Source: Pseudomonadota bacterium
GTDB lineage: Bacteria > Pseudomonadota > Alphaproteobacteria > Rickettsiales > SXRF01
Direction of reading: 5' to 3'
NCBI GenBank assembly: GCA_038043465.1
Contig: JBBTBX010000006.1
Span: 79,463-143,462 of the forward strand
Length of the DNA: 64,000 nucleotides
A program made the translations under genes and the position numbers. This document shows positions 47,010 to 56,343 of this stretch, in pieces. The notes under the pieces were generated by a model that was not told where the DNA came from, ran no database searches, and worked only from the letters and a program-made list of their open reading frames with translations. Positions within the stretch are counted from its first letter, which is position 1. The number at the start of each line of letters is the position of its first letter.

Positions 47010-47104
47010 AGCAGACGCGCCGTGTTTGTATGGTTTTCAGGCCGTAATCCTAAGATTACCGGGTAGCGGCGGAAACGCCACTGCCTCCCGCGTTTGGAAA
47101 GGAT
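47010..47104 (+). promoter_or_regulatory. Molybdenum cofactor (Moco) riboswitch candidate in the moaA leader
   Basis: The 3' part CTGCCTCCCGCGTTTGGAAAGGATGTTATG closely parallels my memory of the E. coli moaA motif (..CGCCUCCCGUAUCUGGAAAGGUGUACAUG). P1 is possible between 47013-47019 and 47089-47095. Internal hairpins: GTAATC-CTAA-GATTAC and GGCG-GAAA-CGCC. The RBS lies inside the conserved GGAAAGG. Confidence 0.6.
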
Positions 47105-47107
47105 GTT

Positions 47108-48166
47108 ATGAATATTGCACATATTGAGCGGTCAGCAGACCGTGCCAGCCTTGAGCTCCGCTCCATTGCAAAATCAGGAGATTTTGCAGGGAGCAGACTG
47201 CAAGATGCATTTGGGAGAAAATTCCCGTATCTACGCTTGTCTGTCACGGAAGTGTGCAACTTCCGCTGCACCTATTGCTTGCCTAATGGTTATCAGAAAA
47301 CGGAACGTGATTTCTTAACACTGCCTGAAATCCGCAGGTTGGCTTCAGCCTTTGCTGAGCTTGACACGCAGAAAATTCGTTTAACCGGCGGTGAACCAAC
47401 GCTACGCCGAGATTTGACCAACATTGCCCAGGCAGTGAATGGCATCCTAGGCATTCGCACCGTCGCACTTACCACCAATGGTTACAACCTCAAGGAGAAT
47501 GCCAAGGCTTATTTTGATGCGGGCATTAATGCGCTGAATGTCAGCGTGGATAGCCTTGATCCAGCACGTTTCCACGCCATCACTGGGCAGAATAAGTTAG
47601 CACATGTACTGGAAGGTATTGAAGCAGCAAAGACAGCAGGTTTTACAAAAATCAAGGTTAACAGTGTGCTGCTCAAGGAAGTCACAGATCATACACTGCC
47701 CGATTTTCTGGCGTGGATTAAACGTGATGCGCTTTCGGTGCGCTTTATCGAGCTTATGCAAACGGGTGAAAATCTAGCCTTCTTCAAGCAACACCATATT
47801 AGCGCAGGTATTATTATTCAGCAATTGCTGGAGCATGGATTTATACCCGCCATTCGCAAGCCAGACGCTGGACCAGCGCAGGAATTTACTCATCCAGATT
47901 ATGTTGGGTCGATTGGGGTTATCGCCCCCTACTCCAAGGATTTCTGCAAAAGCTGCAACCGCCTGCGCGTAACCTCACGCGGCAAGCTCATGCTCTGCCT
48001 ATTTGGTGAAGGCGGTTATGATTTGCGTCCATATTTGCAGCACGATGATCAACGTGACGAGTTGATTAATGCCATCGCATCGGCACTACATTTCAAACAT
48101 GAGAGCCATTCCCTGCATCAGGGTTTGACTGGCTCAACACCCCATCTCGCATCGCTCGGAGGATAA
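47108..48166 (+). CDS. moaA: GTP 3',8-cyclase (radical SAM)
   Basis: 352 aa. Contains the CNFRCTYCLP radical-SAM motif and a C-terminal CKSCNRLRVTSRGKLMLCLF cluster. Confidence 0.9.
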   Translation: MNIAHIERSADRASLELRSIAKSGDFAGSRLQDAFGRKFPYLRLSVTEVCNFRCTYCLPNGYQKTERDFLTLPEIRRLASAFAELDTQKIRLTGGEPTLRRDLTNIAQAVNGILGIRTVALTTNGYNLKENAKAYFDAGINALNVSVDSLDPARFHAITGQNKLAHVLEGIEAAKTAGFTKIKVNSVLLKEVTDHTLPDFLAWIKRDALSVRFIELMQTGENLAFFKQHHISAGIIIQQLLEHGFIPAIRKPDAGPAQEFTHPDYVGSIGVIAPYSKDFCKSCNRLRVTSRGKLMLCLFGEGGYDLRPYLQHDDQRDELINAIASALHFKHESHSLHQGLTGSTPHLASLGG

Positions 48167-49150
48167 ATGAAGCCAGCATTTCAAATGATAGACGTAGGAA
48201 ACAAACCCGTGACGCATCGCGTTGCGGTCGCCAGTGGTAAGATCGTCGTCGGGGCGGAAGCCTTCGCGCTAATACGTGACCGCAAGCTGCCCAAGGGTGA
48301 TGTGCTGATGCTGGCGGAAATCGCGGGCATTCAGGGTGCGAAAAAAGCCTATGAGATGATTCCGCTCTGCCACCCGATGGGGCTGGATATGGTGCGCGTT
48401 TTTACGGAACTATTGCCAGAGGAAAATGCCGTGCGCGTGTTCTGCGTTGCCTCGGTGCATGCTAAAACCGGTATTGAGATGGAGGTGCTTGCGGGGGTGA
48501 ATGCCGCGCTGCTTACCATCTGGGATTTGAGCAAAATGATCGAAGCCAATCTTGCCATGCGCAACATTAAACTTCTCGCTAAGAAAGGCGGAAAATCTGG
48601 TCTATGGCTGAACCCTTCTGGTGTTCCTGATTGGGTGATGGAACTGGTCAAGCCACCCGCGCCGAAATTGCTGGCAGGTCGTAAAGCAGCGGTGCTGACG
48701 TTAAGTGACCGTGCCGCCAAGGGCGAATATGAGGATGTTTCGGGCACATCACTCAAGGCGATATTGGAAGAAGCTGGATGTGCCATCTGTGATTATCGCG
48801 TCATCCCCGATGATAAAGAGGGCATTGCCGCCACGGTTCGGGAGATAGTGCAAAACCACACGCCGCATCTTTTGATTACTACCGGTGGCACGGGCGTTTC
48901 ACCGCGTGACTACACACCCGAAGCCTTGCAACCGCTGTTCGATAAAGAAATCCCCGGCGTGGGTGAATTGCTGCGACATGACGGCGCACAGTACACTCCG
49001 CTTTCGTGGAGCAGCCGTGCCGTGGGCGGTATTATCGGAAAAACGCTGGTGATAACGCTGCCAGGCAACCCTGCGGCAGTGAAGGAAGGATTGAGTGCGC
49101 TGTTACCCAAACTGATTCCGCACCTCATCCGCATCATTCACAATGAATGA
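48167..49150 (+). CDS. Fused cyclic pyranopterin monophosphate synthase (MoaC) and MoaB/MogA-type domain
   Basis: 327 aa. The N-terminal half is MoaC-like (MIDVGNKPVTHRVA..., IPLCHPM). The C-terminal half is MogA/MoaB-like (AAVLTLSDRAAKGEYEDVSG, ITTGGTGVSPRD). Confidence 0.85.
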   Translation: MKPAFQMIDVGNKPVTHRVAVASGKIVVGAEAFALIRDRKLPKGDVLMLAEIAGIQGAKKAYEMIPLCHPMGLDMVRVFTELLPEENAVRVFCVASVHAKTGIEMEVLAGVNAALLTIWDLSKMIEANLAMRNIKLLAKKGGKSGLWLNPSGVPDWVMELVKPPAPKLLAGRKAAVLTLSDRAAKGEYEDVSGTSLKAILEEAGCAICDYRVIPDDKEGIAATVREIVQNHTPHLLITTGGTGVSPRDYTPEALQPLFDKEIPGVGELLRHDGAQYTPLSWSSRAVGGIIGKTLVITLPGNPAAVKEGLSALLPKLIPHLIRIIHNE

Positions 49151-49215
49151 TGCTTTATTAATAATGCGCATGGCCGCCCCGCCAACCCCATGCGCGTAAC
49201 GAATGGAGAGAAATA

Positions 49216-50475
49216 ATGAGCATGATTTCCTATGACGATGCGCTGGCGATTGTTCTGACACATGCCAGACAAAGTGCCACCCAGAAACTGCCACTGCTCG
49301 ATGCGCTGGATAAAATAGCTGCGTGCGATGTGCAAAGCCTCATTCAGGTGCCGAGCTTCCGCAACAGCGCGATGGATGGTTTTGCAGTGGTCAGCAGCCA
49401 GCTTGATTCGGCTAGCGAATCGAACCCAATCACGCTGGAAGTTACTTCCGCTATTGCCGCAGGGGATGATGTAGCGACAGCGGATGCAGCCAAAGCCGTG
49501 CAGATCATGACGGGGGCTGCCGTGCCAGAACCTTATGATGCGGTGATTCCAGTGGAGATGGTGGCGCACGTTGACAGCGAAGTCACCTTCACCAAGCCAC
49601 CGCGCCAAGGCGACCATATTCGGCATGCAGGAGAAGATGTCGCACTTGGGCAATGCATTCTTCGCAAAGGCGAACGCATCACGCCAGAAATCATCATGTT
49701 GCTTTCGGCCGTGGGCATTTGCGAGGTGGAAGTAATGCGCCTGTCGCGCTTGCACATTCTCAGCACGGGCAATGAAATCAGTGATGACTATGCCGTGCCT
49801 CTAAAAGGATCGCAGATTTATAACTCCAATGCGCCATATTTATTGGCGGCAGCGCGGCAGCAAAGCCTAGAAGCGCAGTATGAAGGCATCGTGCGCGATG
49901 AACCAGCACTGTTTGAGGCGAAGCTAACTGCCATCACCGAACCTGCGATTATCATCAGCACAGGAGCGGTTTCCAAAGGTGTGTGGGACTTTATTCCTGA
50001 TAGCCTCAAGAAACTGGGCGCAACCATCCATTTCCACCGCGTCAATATCCGCCCTGGCAAGCCGGTGCTGTTTGCGACTCTGCCCAATGGTAGTTATTAT
50101 TTCGGTTTACCGGGAAATCCTATCTCCGCAGCGATTGGGTTTAGTTTTTTTGTGATGCCACTGGTGCGTGCGTTGCATTGTATCGCACAGCCTGCACTGC
50201 TCACCGCTAAACTTGCAGGCAGTTTCACCAAGAAAGGCAATTTCCTCCAATTCCTGAAAGCGGCTCTTGCGGTGGATGCGGATGGGCAACTCATCGCTGA
50301 TATTTCTGAGGGACAGGAATCGTTCAAGATCAGCCCGATGGCTGCAAATAATGCGTGGGTGGTGCTGGATGGAGCCAAGAACCAGTGGAGTGCTGGCGAC
50401 ACAGTGGTGGTGATTCCTTACGGTGAAATCATTCCAAACACACGCAGGGAGGCAGCCGTATGTCAGGCAGCATAA
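49216..50475 (+). CDS. moeA: Molybdopterin molybdenumtransferase
   Basis: 419 aa. Contains SFRNSAMDGFAV, STGNEI, ISTGAVSKG and IRPGKPVLFA, as in MoeA. Confidence 0.9.
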   Translation: MSMISYDDALAIVLTHARQSATQKLPLLDALDKIAACDVQSLIQVPSFRNSAMDGFAVVSSQLDSASESNPITLEVTSAIAAGDDVATADAAKAVQIMTGAAVPEPYDAVIPVEMVAHVDSEVTFTKPPRQGDHIRHAGEDVALGQCILRKGERITPEIIMLLSAVGICEVEVMRLSRLHILSTGNEISDDYAVPLKGSQIYNSNAPYLLAAARQQSLEAQYEGIVRDEPALFEAKLTAITEPAIIISTGAVSKGVWDFIPDSLKKLGATIHFHRVNIRPGKPVLFATLPNGSYYFGLPGNPISAAIGFSFFVMPLVRALHCIAQPALLTAKLAGSFTKKGNFLQFLKAALAVDADGQLIADISEGQESFKISPMAANNAWVVLDGAKNQWSAGDTVVVIPYGEIIPNTRREAAVCQAA

Positions 50476-50735
50476 CCCTTACCATCAGCCTGTTCGGCGC
50501 GTTCAGACCGTATGGCAACGGCGAAACAATGACGCTGGAAGTACCGCAAGGTGTGAATGTCAGAGAAGTAAAAAACCATCTGAAAGTAGCGTTGAAAAAA
50601 GCACGAGCAGATTTTGATAAGGCGGCACTGGTGGATGAATCGGCATTGGCAGACGATACGCAAATCCTGGCCGAAGATATGACGATAAGCACCAGCACCA
50701 CATTGGCTATTTTGCCGCCCGTGTGTGGGGGATAA
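50460..50735 (+). CDS. moaD: Molybdopterin synthase sulfur carrier subunit
   Basis: 91 aa ending in the PPVCGG C-terminal Gly-Gly, positioned between moeA and moaE. Confidence 0.8.
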   Translation: MSGSITLTISLFGAFRPYGNGETMTLEVPQGVNVREVKNHLKVALKKARADFDKAALVDESALADDTQILAEDMTISTSTTLAILPPVCGG

Positions 50736-50736
50736 C

Positions 50737-51189
50737 ATGACGGAATCCATCTATACTGGCATTAGTGAAGAGCCACTTTCCATCCAGAAGGCAGCAGATT
50801 TTGTTGATGTGGCGGAGAATGGCGCGCTGAATATGTTTATCGGCAAGGTGCGTAATCACAATATGGGCAAAGCCGTAAATGCCGTAAGTTACGATGTATT
50901 TGCCCCGCTCGCCTGCAATGTATTTCATGAATTGTGCGCGGAAGCGAAGGCGCAATTCGGCGAGCGTCTACGGCTGTATATCGAGCATTACAAAGGGAGG
51001 CTTACGATTGGTGGCATCAGCGTCATCATTGCTGTCGGCTCACCACACCGTGATGAATCTTTTAAGGCCTGTCGTTATCTCATCGAACAGCTAAAAATCC
51101 GTGCGCCGGTGTGGAAGCAAGAGCATTATGTGGACGGCGATAGCGAGTGGGTAAAAGGCCATGCGCTTTGTGGGCATCACCATGACTGA
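50737..51189 (+). CDS. moaE: Molybdopterin synthase catalytic subunit
   Basis: Start placed at the ATG at 50737, 2 nt after the moaD stop. Contains GALNMFIGKVRNHN and APVWKQEHY, as in MoaE. Confidence 0.85.
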   Translation: MTESIYTGISEEPLSIQKAADFVDVAENGALNMFIGKVRNHNMGKAVNAVSYDVFAPLACNVFHELCAEAKAQFGERLRLYIEHYKGRLTIGGISVIIAVGSPHRDESFKACRYLIEQLKIRAPVWKQEHYVDGDSEWVKGHALCGHHHD

Positions 51190-51766
51190 TATGGCCGCCG
51201 TCATTTTGGTCGGGGGAAAATCCTCGCGCATGGGGCGGGATAAGGCAACACTGCCCTATCGCGACAAACGACTGGTGGATGTGGTAGCTGGTGTGGTTCG
51301 CGATGCTGGCATAAAAGACATTTATGTCAGTGGCGAAATGGAAGGATATTCTTCATTGCCCGATCTCATTGCAGAATGCGGGCCGGTCGGTGGCATCTGC
51401 TCCAGTGCAGTGAGGCTGTATAAAACCCATGCCAGCGCATTATTTATTCCCGTGGACATGCCACGCTTGAACACAGAATTACTGCGCCACTTCATCAGCG
51501 CATATCACGGGAATGCCTGTCATTTTGAAGATCATCCGCTGCCTTGCATCCTAACATTGGATAGAAAAATCATGCGGCACATCGATGAAGCTGCACAAAC
51601 GCTCGCCTGTAAACAAAAGCTATCGGTGCGAGCGTTTCTGAACAGTGCTGAAGCAGAAATGATTCCTGTTCCAGAACACCTGAAACTAGCACTTACCAAC
51701 ACTAATACGCCAGAAGAATGGCAGGAGGCCCAATGGGATATGGTTCATGAATCTACGCATCAGTGA
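51182..51766 (+). CDS. mobA: Molybdenum cofactor guanylyltransferase
   Basis: AAVILVGGKSSRMGRDKATLPY is the N-terminal MobA motif. The start could be either 51182 or 51191. Confidence 0.8.
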   Translation: MTDMAAVILVGGKSSRMGRDKATLPYRDKRLVDVVAGVVRDAGIKDIYVSGEMEGYSSLPDLIAECGPVGGICSSAVRLYKTHASALFIPVDMPRLNTELLRHFISAYHGNACHFEDHPLPCILTLDRKIMRHIDEAAQTLACKQKLSVRAFLNSAEAEMIPVPEHLKLALTNTNTPEEWQEAQWDMVHESTHQ

Positions 51767-52076
51767 AAACCAGCTTCGGTTTCGTATTACGCAAGGTGAA
51801 ACGGAATTACTGAAGTGCGATGGCTCGCTATCGTTCGCGCTTAATCTTGGCAGCCAAACGGCAGAATATGCTATTTCGCTTGCCGATCTTGAACAACCTC
51901 TAGATTTGGAAGTGGATAAAAATGCATGGAAGCTGCTGGTAGATCGTAAAGATTTCAGCCAGTTTATAGCGTCTCTCCCTTCACGTGAAGGTATCGAACA
52001 AAATATTTCGATGAATGGCACTCAGTTGACATTGGTGCTTGAAGTGGACGTGCGCCGTAAACGGGTGGTAGCCTAA
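51747..52076 (+). CDS. Hypothetical protein (109 aa) overlapping the mobA 3' end
   Basis: ORF with a 20-nt overlap with mobA, on the same strand. No motif recognised. Confidence 0.45.
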   Translation: MNLRISENQLRFRITQGETELLKCDGSLSFALNLGSQTAEYAISLADLEQPLDLEVDKNAWKLLVDRKDFSQFIASLPSREGIEQNISMNGTQLTLVLEVDVRRKRVVA

Positions 52077-52083
52077 GAGCCTT

Positions 52084-53184
52084 CTAAGCCAGATCGCCCT
52101 TCCAGCAAACGATACCGCCTGCAATATGCGCGACATTGGTGAAGCCCAGCGAAAGCAAGTGCGACGCTGCAGAAAAACTACGCATGCCATGCTGGCAATA
52201 CACCACTACATCAGTACCGGAGGTGATGTCACCCACCGTATCTTTATCTCCCAGCAAAGTTCCAAGCGGAATATGGAGCGCGTCAGGAATTTTGCCCGAT
52301 GCTAGTTCGTGTGCCTCGCGCACATCGATGAATATGGCTTTGCCGATGCGCGTTGCTGCTTCCTCTGCACTAATATTTTGCACACCAGACCCACCCCCGC
52401 AGCTTTCTGCTAAATCCTCCAAAACGATAGTATCAGGATTCACCGAACACACCGGGCATGCGCGCCGTTTATGCACTTTCAGTAATTTCGTCTCCATGTT
52501 ACGCGCATCCAGCATCCAAAGTTTGCCAAGAAGCGGCTCTAACCCCTTTTCTTTGCACCAATCCAGCCCCAGCAGCATTTTTATGGCCTCTAGTGCCTGC
52601 ACCGTACCAGCGATTCCAGCCATAGCCCCGATCACACCAGCCTCCGCACAGTTGGGAATATGTCCACTTGGCGGTTTGGGATAAAGGCAACGGTAGCACG
52701 AACCATGCTCTGCCCAAAACACAGCAACCTGCGCCACAAACCCCAAGATAGAGCCATAAACAAGCGGCTTGCCGAATTTCACGCAAGCATCGTTTATCAA
52801 GAATTTACTGCTGAAATTGTCCGTGCCGTCGATCACGACATCATAATTCTTAATCAGCGATTCCGCATTGGTGGCGGTCAGGCGCACGTGATGCGCTTCA
52901 ATCTGGCAGATGCTATTCAGGGCAGAAAGTGCCGCATGACCTGCTTGTGCTTTCGCTACTCCCTGATCGGCTTCTTTGAACAATACCTGCCGCTGCAAAT
53001 TGCTGACATCCACTGTGTCATCGTCTACCAAGCCGATTCGACCAACCCCAGTCGCTGCCAGATATAGCAGCGCGGGCGAACCAAGCCCGCCTGCACCAAT
53101 GCAGAGAACCGAAGCCTCGGCGAGGCGTTTTTGTCCCTCAATTCCAAGTTCGGGTAGCGCGGTTTGTCTAGCATATCTTAACAT
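52084..53184 (-). CDS. moeB: Molybdopterin-synthase adenylyltransferase (MoeB/ThiF) fused to a rhodanese domain (MoeZ-like)
   Basis: 366 aa. Contains CIGAGGLGSPALLYLAATGVGRIGLVDDDTVDVSNLQRQ and CxxC pairs. The C-terminal rhodanese domain has the active-site loop VVYCQHGMRS. Confidence 0.85.
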   Translation of the reverse strand: MLRYARQTALPELGIEGQKRLAEASVLCIGAGGLGSPALLYLAATGVGRIGLVDDDTVDVSNLQRQVLFKEADQGVAKAQAGHAALSALNSICQIEAHHVRLTATNAESLIKNYDVVIDGTDNFSSKFLINDACVKFGKPLVYGSILGFVAQVAVFWAEHGSCYRCLYPKPPSGHIPNCAEAGVIGAMAGIAGTVQALEAIKMLLGLDWCKEKGLEPLLGKLWMLDARNMETKLLKVHKRRACPVCSVNPDTIVLEDLAESCGGGSGVQNISAEEAATRIGKAIFIDVREAHELASGKIPDALHIPLGTLLGDKDTVGDITSGTDVVVYCQHGMRSFSAASHLLSLGFTNVAHIAGGIVCWKGDLA

Positions 53185-53219
53185 GTGCGAAGCATAAGAT
53201 ATGCAGCTACCCCATGTGG

Positions 53220-53233
53220 TTGATACAGATCAA
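53220..53233. promoter_or_regulatory. FNR/Anr/Dnr-type box TTGATACAGATCAA in the moeB / tauE divergent region
   Basis: Perfect box, centred about 56 nt upstream of the ATG at 53283 and about 42 nt upstream of the moeB ATG. Confidence 0.65.
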
Positions 53234-53282
53234 TCTCTCAGAAATAGTCACATTATAACTATAGCCGATACAAGGAATACTT

Positions 53283-54026
53283 ATGCCCATTGATGAACCC
53301 GCATTAACAGTCCTGATTTTTATCGCTGCCACGCTGTATTCTTCGGTGGGACATGCAGGCGCATCTGGCTATCTCGCGGCGATGGCTTTGTTTGGCATCG
53401 CTCCAGAAACTATGCGCCCTGCCGCACTTGCGCTGAATGTTCTGGTAGCTTCGCTTGCGACATTTCGCTTCACACGCGCCGGTCAGAACGATCTTAAACT
53501 ACTCTTACCTTTTGTTATTGCCTCCATCCCCGCCGCATTTATCGGAGGCATGATCCATATACCACCTGCCTTTTATAAGCCTTTGATTGGCATCATACTA
53601 CTACTCTCGGCATTTCAACTTTTACGTACAGCTAGAACATCCAAACAAAAAGATCGGAAGATGCAACGACCTCCGCTTGCAGCGTCACTGGCAACAGGCG
53701 CAGGACTTGGCTTGCTTGCAGGGCTAAGCGGCACAGGTGGCGGAATCTTCCTTAGCCCGCTGCTGTTATTCATGGGCTGGGCACCAACGCGCAATGTGTC
53801 AGGAATTGCAGCCAGCTTTATTCTTGTTAATTCTATTGCGGGATTGCTTGGGAATATGTCTTCGCTTCAGGCTCTGCCACCCACACTTCCGGTATGGGCA
53901 GGCGCAGTGCTGCTGGGCGGACTAATTGGCACGCAGCTCGGCACACGCACCCTTACCATCCCAGGCATCCGCATCATGCTGGCACTGGTATTAGTGATTG
54001 CGGGCGGAAAGATGCTGCTCACCTAG
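53283..54026 (+). CDS. TauE/SafE (DUF81) family anion exporter
   Basis: 247 aa, polytopic, with duplicated halves carrying G-rich motifs (VGHAGASGYL, GTGGGIFLSPLLLF). Confidence 0.8.
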   Translation: MPIDEPALTVLIFIAATLYSSVGHAGASGYLAAMALFGIAPETMRPAALALNVLVASLATFRFTRAGQNDLKLLLPFVIASIPAAFIGGMIHIPPAFYKPLIGIILLLSAFQLLRTARTSKQKDRKMQRPPLAASLATGAGLGLLAGLSGTGGGIFLSPLLLFMGWAPTRNVSGIAASFILVNSIAGLLGNMSSLQALPPTLPVWAGAVLLGGLIGTQLGTRTLTIPGIRIMLALVLVIAGGKMLLT

Positions 54027-54295
54027 AGATAATACTATCCACTAATGACCTGCTTGACCAACCCCCTTGTTCCCTGCTTTATCCGCACACCATTCCCTGC
54101 TATAAATTTTAGGGAACTTTTGAGAAAACGACGACTGAGCCTGTAGTATAAAGCGATAAAATATACTGGAAAAATAGATATCACTGCTATCTCTTGTATT
54201 TTCCCTGTAAATCTACTGATAACAGGGAATTACTGATGGCAAAGAGATCAACCTAATATTGCTCCACCAATTTTTCTTATATTACAGCATATTAG

Positions 54296-54450
54296 ATATG
54301 TGTCGCGTGTGTCGCCTACCCGCCTCTTCCTCCACCATGTCACCAGCTTTACGTACCCAGTGATGCACCAGCTGAAACAGCACGCCAAGAACTCTGCCAA
54401 TTGAACGAAATCCTACATTGTTCAGATACTTTTCCACTCTTCCATAATTA
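54296..54450 (-). pseudogene. Short relic of an IS-type transposase HTH region (IS1-family-like)
   Basis: My translation gives ..YGRVEKYLNNVGFRSIGRVLGVLFQLVHHWVRKAGDMVEE.., which resembles the HTH segment of IS1-family transposases. There is no start codon and no catalytic region. Confidence 0.3.
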
Positions 54451-54536
54451 ATTATATGCTTTCAGCTAGCTGTTGCTGGAATATTGGTATAAAAAACATC
54501 AGTTGTTTTGACTAACAAGATTCTTATGAAACACCT

Positions 54537-55262
54537 ATGGAACTAAAATTATCACCCTTACCATTGCTTGCCGCACATCCTCTTTTTGATAAAAACCCAG
54601 AGTTTTGGCAGCAGGTTGCGCAATATATAAAAACCAAGCGTTTCGATAAAGATGATGTGGTGGTGCATCACGGTGATGCAGCGGGTAGTCTGTGGCTAGT
54701 ACTTTCCGGCTGGGTAAAGCTCACGCGGCAGACGCCCGATGGCAAAGAAAGCATCATAGGTCTGTGCACTGGGGGTGATGTGTTTGGCGAGGCGGCATTG
54801 TTCCAACATGCCAACTATCCTTATACCGCCGAGATAGTGAGTAGCAGTGCAGAGCTAGTTTCTATTCCATCCACAACGATTCGCACTCTGATTGCCAAAG
54901 AACCTAAGCTTTCCGCCCATGTGATGTCTTTGCTTAATGACCGGACTTCACAAGCACGGCTTAAACTCGAACACATGACGACAATGTCTGCAGCGCAGCG
55001 GCTTGGGTGCTTTCTGTTGCGTCTGTGCCATACGCAGGCGAATGGCTCCAAGACCATTGAAATACCGGTGGAAAAACATATTCTCGCGGCGTATTTGGGT
55101 ATGAAACCAGAAACGCTTTCGCGCAGCCAACAGCAATTAAAGCCATTGGGAATCAGTGTTGCAGGTCATGGTATTACCATCGGTCATATCGAGAAACTAC
55201 GCGAATTTGTGTGCAATAGCTGCTCCGAATCAGGCAGTTGCGATGCGGAAACGGCAAGTTAA
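54537..55262 (+). CDS. Crp/Fnr-family regulator with a C-terminal Cys cluster (Bacillus-Fnr-like arrangement)
   Basis: 241 aa. cNMP-like LWLVLSGWVKLTRQTPDGKESIIGL; HTH AAYLGMKPETLSRSQQ (E-SR recognition motif); C-terminal CNSCSESGSC. No N-terminal Cys cluster is present. Confidence 0.85.
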   Translation: MELKLSPLPLLAAHPLFDKNPEFWQQVAQYIKTKRFDKDDVVVHHGDAAGSLWLVLSGWVKLTRQTPDGKESIIGLCTGGDVFGEAALFQHANYPYTAEIVSSSAELVSIPSTTIRTLIAKEPKLSAHVMSLLNDRTSQARLKLEHMTTMSAAQRLGCFLLRLCHTQANGSKTIEIPVEKHILAAYLGMKPETLSRSQQQLKPLGISVAGHGITIGHIEKLREFVCNSCSESGSCDAETAS

Positions 55263-55678
55263 GCCGCAAAAATTCCTTCAAGTGCGTATGTCAGATTGAC
55301 CAGTGGCAGGGGCTGCTTGAACCATGCAGGCAACAGCGGATACTCAATCTCAGCCACAATATGGCGCATGGCGGGAGCGGGTAGTGATGCATGAATCCAT
55401 GCAATATCGTTGCTGCTGCCGATGATGACAAGCTGGTCAAACGCATGGGCATTTTCGGCTTTATCCATCGATTTTTGGAAAGCATCCAGTGACGAAAAAA
55501 CGATCTGGTTATCTTGTAGTTTGGGCGAAAACGAACCTTGTGGGGTTTTTTCAAATAATGAAATCATCCCCTCACAGGCAGCCACCACCCAAGTTTTTGG
55601 CACAGCACCACACAAGCTGCTCTTGCATTTGCCTGAGCAGGCTTTCGTTTTGATGGGCAAGATGTTGCAGTCAGACAT
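55259..55678 (-). CDS. Hypothetical protein, possibly of the host-attachment-protein family
   Basis: 139 aa. TWVVAACEGMISLFEK and the C-terminal half loosely resemble the family. This is a weak call. Confidence 0.3.
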   Translation of the reverse strand: MSDCNILPIKTKACSGKCKSSLCGAVPKTWVVAACEGMISLFEKTPQGSFSPKLQDNQIVFSSLDAFQKSMDKAENAHAFDQLVIIGSSNDIAWIHASLPAPAMRHIVAEIEYPLLPAWFKQPLPLVNLTYALEGIFAA

Positions 55679-55680
55679 AG

Positions 55681-56289
55681 CTAGAACTTATAACCAATGC
55701 CTACACCGATCAACCACGGATCGATATCCACATCGGCTGTTACTGTACCGTTGCTAAATTTAACATCGGTGCTGATGAAGACTTTTTTCACATCTACGTT
55801 AAAGTACCAATTGTCTTGGATAGGAACATCCACACCCGCTTGCAACGCAGCACCAAAGCTATCATCATATTTAGCATTCACCAAAGCACCAGGCTTCTCA
55901 TCATAAAAATGCGTGTAGTTTACACCCACTCCCAGATAGGGTTTTGCAAATGAAAAATCGGTGAAGTGATATTGTAGCGTGAGTGTCGGTGGCAACAACC
56001 ATGAACTTCCGGCATCAATACCGCTGCTGGTGGTGACATCATGCGGTGTCACTGCTGCAATCAGCTCAGCCGAAATATTTGGCGTAAAGAAGTATGTAAA
56101 ATCAAGCTCTGGCACCACACTGTCATTGATTCTTACGGAGTCGCCATTTGAAACACGTCCATCCTCATCAGCTAAAACTCCGAGTGCCCGTGCGCGGATC
56201 ATGAAATCGCCCGCCTTAAAATCACCGGCTGCAAATACAGGACTAGAAAGTGTAAGCATTGCTGCAGTGGTTAGAAGAATTTTTTTCAT
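55681..56289 (-). CDS. ompW: Outer membrane protein W
   Basis: 202 aa with signal peptide MKKILLTTAAMLTLSSPVFA. It shows a beta-barrel pattern and ends in GVGIGYKF, as OmpW does. Confidence 0.85.
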   Translation of the reverse strand: MKKILLTTAAMLTLSSPVFAAGDFKAGDFMIRARALGVLADEDGRVSNGDSVRINDSVVPELDFTYFFTPNISAELIAAVTPHDVTTSSGIDAGSSWLLPPTLTLQYHFTDFSFAKPYLGVGVNYTHFYDEKPGALVNAKYDDSFGAALQAGVDVPIQDNWYFNVDVKKVFISTDVKFSNGTVTADVDIDPWLIGVGIGYKF

Positions 56290-56343
56290 ACATGATCCTT
56301 TGTAATTATTGAGTTGAAACTAGCGGAAAAAACCACTCATTCC

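Noticed and set aside
49138-49755. 205-aa minus-strand ORF overlapping moeA
   Set aside because: It is antisense to moeA, which has clear family motifs and operon context. It has no RBS and no motifs.
54451-54536. A degenerate FNR-like site (TTGACTAACAAGAT) upstream of the second fnr-type gene
   Set aside because: The right half-site does not match ATCAA in any register. It is not comparable with the six perfect boxes.
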